Source of the DNA: Camelus dromedarius
Lineage: Eukaryota
Length of the DNA stretch: 64,000 nucleotides
Reading direction: 5' to 3'
NCBI RefSeq assembly: GCF_036321535.1
Contig: NC_087436.1
Coordinates: 3,472,001 to 3,536,000, forward strand
Part shown: in pieces, positions 61,001-64,000 of the stretch
Layout of the letters: the number at the start of each line of letters is the position of its first letter
Position numbering within the stretch: the first letter of the stretch is position 1
Made by a program: the position numbers and the translations under genes
The notes under the pieces: model-generated
Databases searched by the model: none
Seen by the model: only the letters and a program-made list of their open reading frames with translations
What the model was told of the DNA's origin: nothing

Positions 61001-63980
61001 GAGACGTTCGTTCATCTACCACAAAAGGAACGGGTTGCAGGAGCAACTTTTACTCTGGAATCTCAGTCTGTTTCCTAGGGCCGGTTTGAAGATTCTGCAG
61101 TTTTCACTGTAAAACCGATTTGGAGCTAGTACCTACACATATATATGTATGGAGTGGAGTTTGCAACTGAAAAGAAACTTTGTGTTCCCAACAAGCTAGG
61201 TGAAGGACGGCTTTCACACACACTTATCTCTCAGAACTGAGCATGTGCAGAGACGTTCGTTAATCTAGCACAAAGGGAAAGGGTTGCAGGAGAAACTTTT
61301 ACTCTGGTTTCTCAGTCTGTTTCCTAGTGCCGGGTTGAAGTTCCTGCAGTTTTCACTGTAAACCGAGTTGGAGCTAGTACCTCCCCATAGATATGTATCT
61401 AGTTGAGTTTGCAACTGAAAAGAAACTTTGTATTCCCAACAAGCTAGGTGAAGGACGGCTTTCAAACACAATTATCTCTCAGAACTGAGCATGTGGAGAG
61501 ACGTTCGTTCATCTAGCACAAAGGGAACGGGTTGCAGGGGAAACTTTGACTCTGGTTTCTCATTCTGTTTTCTAATGCCGTTTTGAAGTTCCTGCAGTTT
61601 TCACTGTAAAATCGAGTTGGAGCTAGTACCTCCCCATATATATGTATGGAGTGGAGTTTGCAACTGAAAAAACTTTGTGTTCCCAACACGCTAAGTGAAG
61701 GACGGCTTTCACACAATTATCTCTCAGAACTGAGCATGTGGAGAGACGTTCGTTCATCCAGCAAAAAGGGAACCGGTTGCAGGAGAAACTTTTAATCTGG
61801 TTTCTCTGTCTTTTTCCTAGGGCCAGTATGAAGTTCCTGCAGTTTTCACTGTAAAACCTTGTTGGAGCTTGTACCCCCCCATATATATGTATGGCGTGGA
61901 GTTTGCAAGTGAAAAGAAACTTTGTGTTCCCAACAATATAGGTGAATGACGGCTTTCACACACACTTATCTCTCAGAACTGAGAATGTGGAGAGACTTTC
62001 GTTCATCTAGCACAAAGGGAACGGGTTGCATTAGAAACTTTTTCTCTGGTTTCTCAGTCTGTTTCCTAGTGCCGGTGTGAAGTTCCTGCAGTTTTCACTG
62101 TAAAAACGAGTTGGAGCTAGTACCTCCCCATATATATGTATGGAATGGAGTTTGCAACTGAAAAGAATCTTTGTGTTCCCAACAAGCTAGGTGAAGGACG
62201 GCTTTCACACACAGTTATCTCTCAGAACTGAGCATGTGGAGAGACGTTCGTTCATCTAGCACAAAAGGATAGGGTTGCAGGAGAAACTTTTACTCTGGTT
62301 TCTCAGTCTGTTTCCTAATTCCGGTTTGAAGTTCCTGCAGTTTTCACTGTAAAACAGAGTTGGAGCTAATAACTTCCCCATATATATGTATCTAGTGGTG
62401 TATGCAACTGAAAAGAAACTTTGTATTCCCAACAAGGTAGGTGAAGTTCGGCTTTCACACACACATATCTCTAAGAACTGAGCATGTGGAGAGACGTTCC
62501 TTCATCTAGCACAAAAGGAACGGGTTGCAGGAGAAACTTTTACTCTGGTTTCTCAGTCTGTTTCCTAGTGCCGGTTGGAAGATCCTGCAGTTTTCATTGT
62601 AAAACCGAGTTTGAGTTTGTACCACCCCATATATTTGTATGGAGTGGAGTTTGCAACTGAAAAGAAACTTTGTGTTCCCAACAAGTTAGTTGAATGACGG
62701 CATTCACACACACATATCTCTCAGGAATGAGCATGTGGAGACACGTTCGTTCATCTAGCACAAAGGGAACGGGTTGCAGGAGAAACTTTTACTCTGGTTT
62801 CTCAGTCTGTTTCCTAGTGCCGGTTGGAATTTCCTGAATTTTTCACTGTAAAACCGAGTTTTAGCTAATACCTCCCCTTATATATGTATGGAGTGGAGTT
62901 TGCAACTGAAAAGAAACTTTGTGTTAACAACAAGCTAGGGGAAGGACGGCTTTCACACCCACTTATCTCTCAGAAATGAGCATGTGGAGATACGTTCGTT
63001 CACCTAGCACAAAGGGAACGGGTTGCAGGAGAAATTTTTACTCTAGATTCTCAGTCTGTTTCCTAGGGCCTGTTTGGAGTTCCTGCAGTTTTCACTGTAA
63101 AATCGAGTTGGAGCTTGTACCTCCCCATATATATGTATGGATTGGAGTTTGCAACTGAAAAGAAACTTTGTGTTCCCAACAAGTTAGGTGAAGTACGGCT
63201 TTCACACACTTATCTCTCAGAACTGAGCATGTGGAGAGACGTTCGTTCATCTAGCAAAAACGGATCGGGTTGCAGGAGAAACTTTAACTCTGGTTTCTCA
63301 GTCTGTTTCCTAGTGCCGGTTTGAAGTTCCTGCAGTTTTCACTGTAAAACCGAGTTGGAGCTAGTACCTCCCCATATATATGTATGGCGTGGAGTTTGCA
63401 ACTGAAAAGAAAGTTTGTGTTCCCAACAAGCTAGGTGAAGGACGGCTTTTACACACACTTATCTCTCAGAACTGAGCATGTGCAGAGACGTTCGTACATC
63501 TAGCAGTAAGATAACGGTTTGCGTGAGAAACTTTTACTTTGGTTTCTCAGTCTCTTTCCTAGTGCCGGTCTGAAGTTCCTGCAGTTTTCACTGTAAAACC
63601 GTGTTGGAGCTAGTACATCCCCATATATATGTATGGATTTGAGTTTGCAAATGAAAAGAAACTTTGTGTTCCCAACAAGCTAGGTGAAGGACGGCTTTCA
63701 CACCCAATTATCTCTCAGAACTGAGCATGTGGAGAAATGTTCGTTCATCTAGCACAAAAGGAACGGGTTGCAGGAGAAACTTTTACTCTGGAATCTCAGT
63801 CTGTTTCCTAGGGCCGGTTTGAAGATTCTGCAGTTTTCACTGTAAAACCGATTTGGAGCTAGTACCTACACATATATATGTATGGAGTGGAGTTTGCAAG
63901 TGAAAAGAAACTTTGTGTTCCCAACAAGCTAGGTGAAGGACGGCTTTCACACACACTTATCTCTCAGAACTGAGCATGTG
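58000..63980. repeat. Tandem duplication: 13-mer (~58.0-61.24 kb) followed by an 11-mer copy lacking two monomers
   Basis: CATAGATATGTATCTAG at 58154/61386 is +3232. GTACCACCCCATATATTTG at 59886/62619 and ACCTACACAT at 61131/63864 are +2733. ORFs 58281/61513, 59523/62256 and 60243/62976 agree. Confidence 0.88.
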
Positions 63981-64000
63981 GAAAGACGTTCGTTATTCTA

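Larger units (their letters stand above)
1..64000. repeat. Tandem satellite DNA array, 249-bp monomer, ~257 head-to-tail copies, running off both window ends (probably centromeric/pericentromeric; family and species not identified)
   Basis: The same motif recurs every ~249 bp (TCCCCATAT at 13, 262, 511...). A PstI site CTGCAG, CTCAGAACTGAG and four CTAG occur in most monomers. No non-satellite sequence is seen. The centromeric location is inference only. Confidence 0.98.

Noticed and set aside
887..63324. About 90 short ORFs (60-122 aa) on both strands with recurring peptides
   Set aside because: They are translations of the satellite monomer in several frames on both strands, opened and closed by point variants and frameshifts, with no recognisable domain. 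I used them only as offset markers.
1..64000. CRISPR array or other repeat-spacer system
   Set aside because: There are no unique spacers; the whole 249-bp unit is repeated, and no cas-like ORF is present.
1..64000. Transposon insertion, strand inversion, telomeric repeat, or rRNA/5S/tRNA gene array
   Set aside because: All sequence read matches the monomer in one orientation, with no TTAGGG-type tracts and no recognisable rRNA or tRNA sequence.
1..64000. Assignment to a named satellite family or species
   Set aside because: I do not recognise the sequence with confidence, and monomer size alone is insufficient. It needs BLASTN or a Dfam/Repbase search.

Overview
The whole 64-kb window is one uninterrupted, head-to-tail satellite DNA array with a single orientation. 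It holds about 257 copies of a 249-bp monomer (variants of about 247-250 bp; about 45% GC by my count of the consensus). Consensus read by eye: ttggagctagtacctccccatatatatgtatggagtggagtttgcaactgaaaagaaactttgtgttcccaacaagctaggtgaaggacggctttcacacacacttatctctcagaactgagcatgtggagagacgttcgttcatctagcacaaagggaacgggttgcaggagaaacttttactctggtttctcagtctgtttcctagtgccggtttgaagttcctgcagttttcactgtaaaaccgag. I see no genes, transposon insertions, inversions or unique sequence, and every listed ORF is a chance reading frame of the monomer. I cannot name the species or satellite family; the organisation is typical of eukaryotic (peri)centromeric satellite. Two levels of structure stand out. (1) The monomer contains a ~97-bp imperfect foldback centred on CTCAG-AA-CTGAG, plus several smaller dyads. 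(2) The array is a mosaic of higher-order repeats (HORs): a ~9.7-kb tandem duplication (8.4-27.0 kb), a 12-mer with 10/9/8/3-mer derivatives (26.7-37.1 kb), a 15/16-mer duplication with a nested 6-mer (39.8-47.5 kb), and a more diverged layer with different monomer variants (47.5-64 kb) ending in a 13/11-mer duplication. Block boundaries are by eye and approximate to a few tens of bp.
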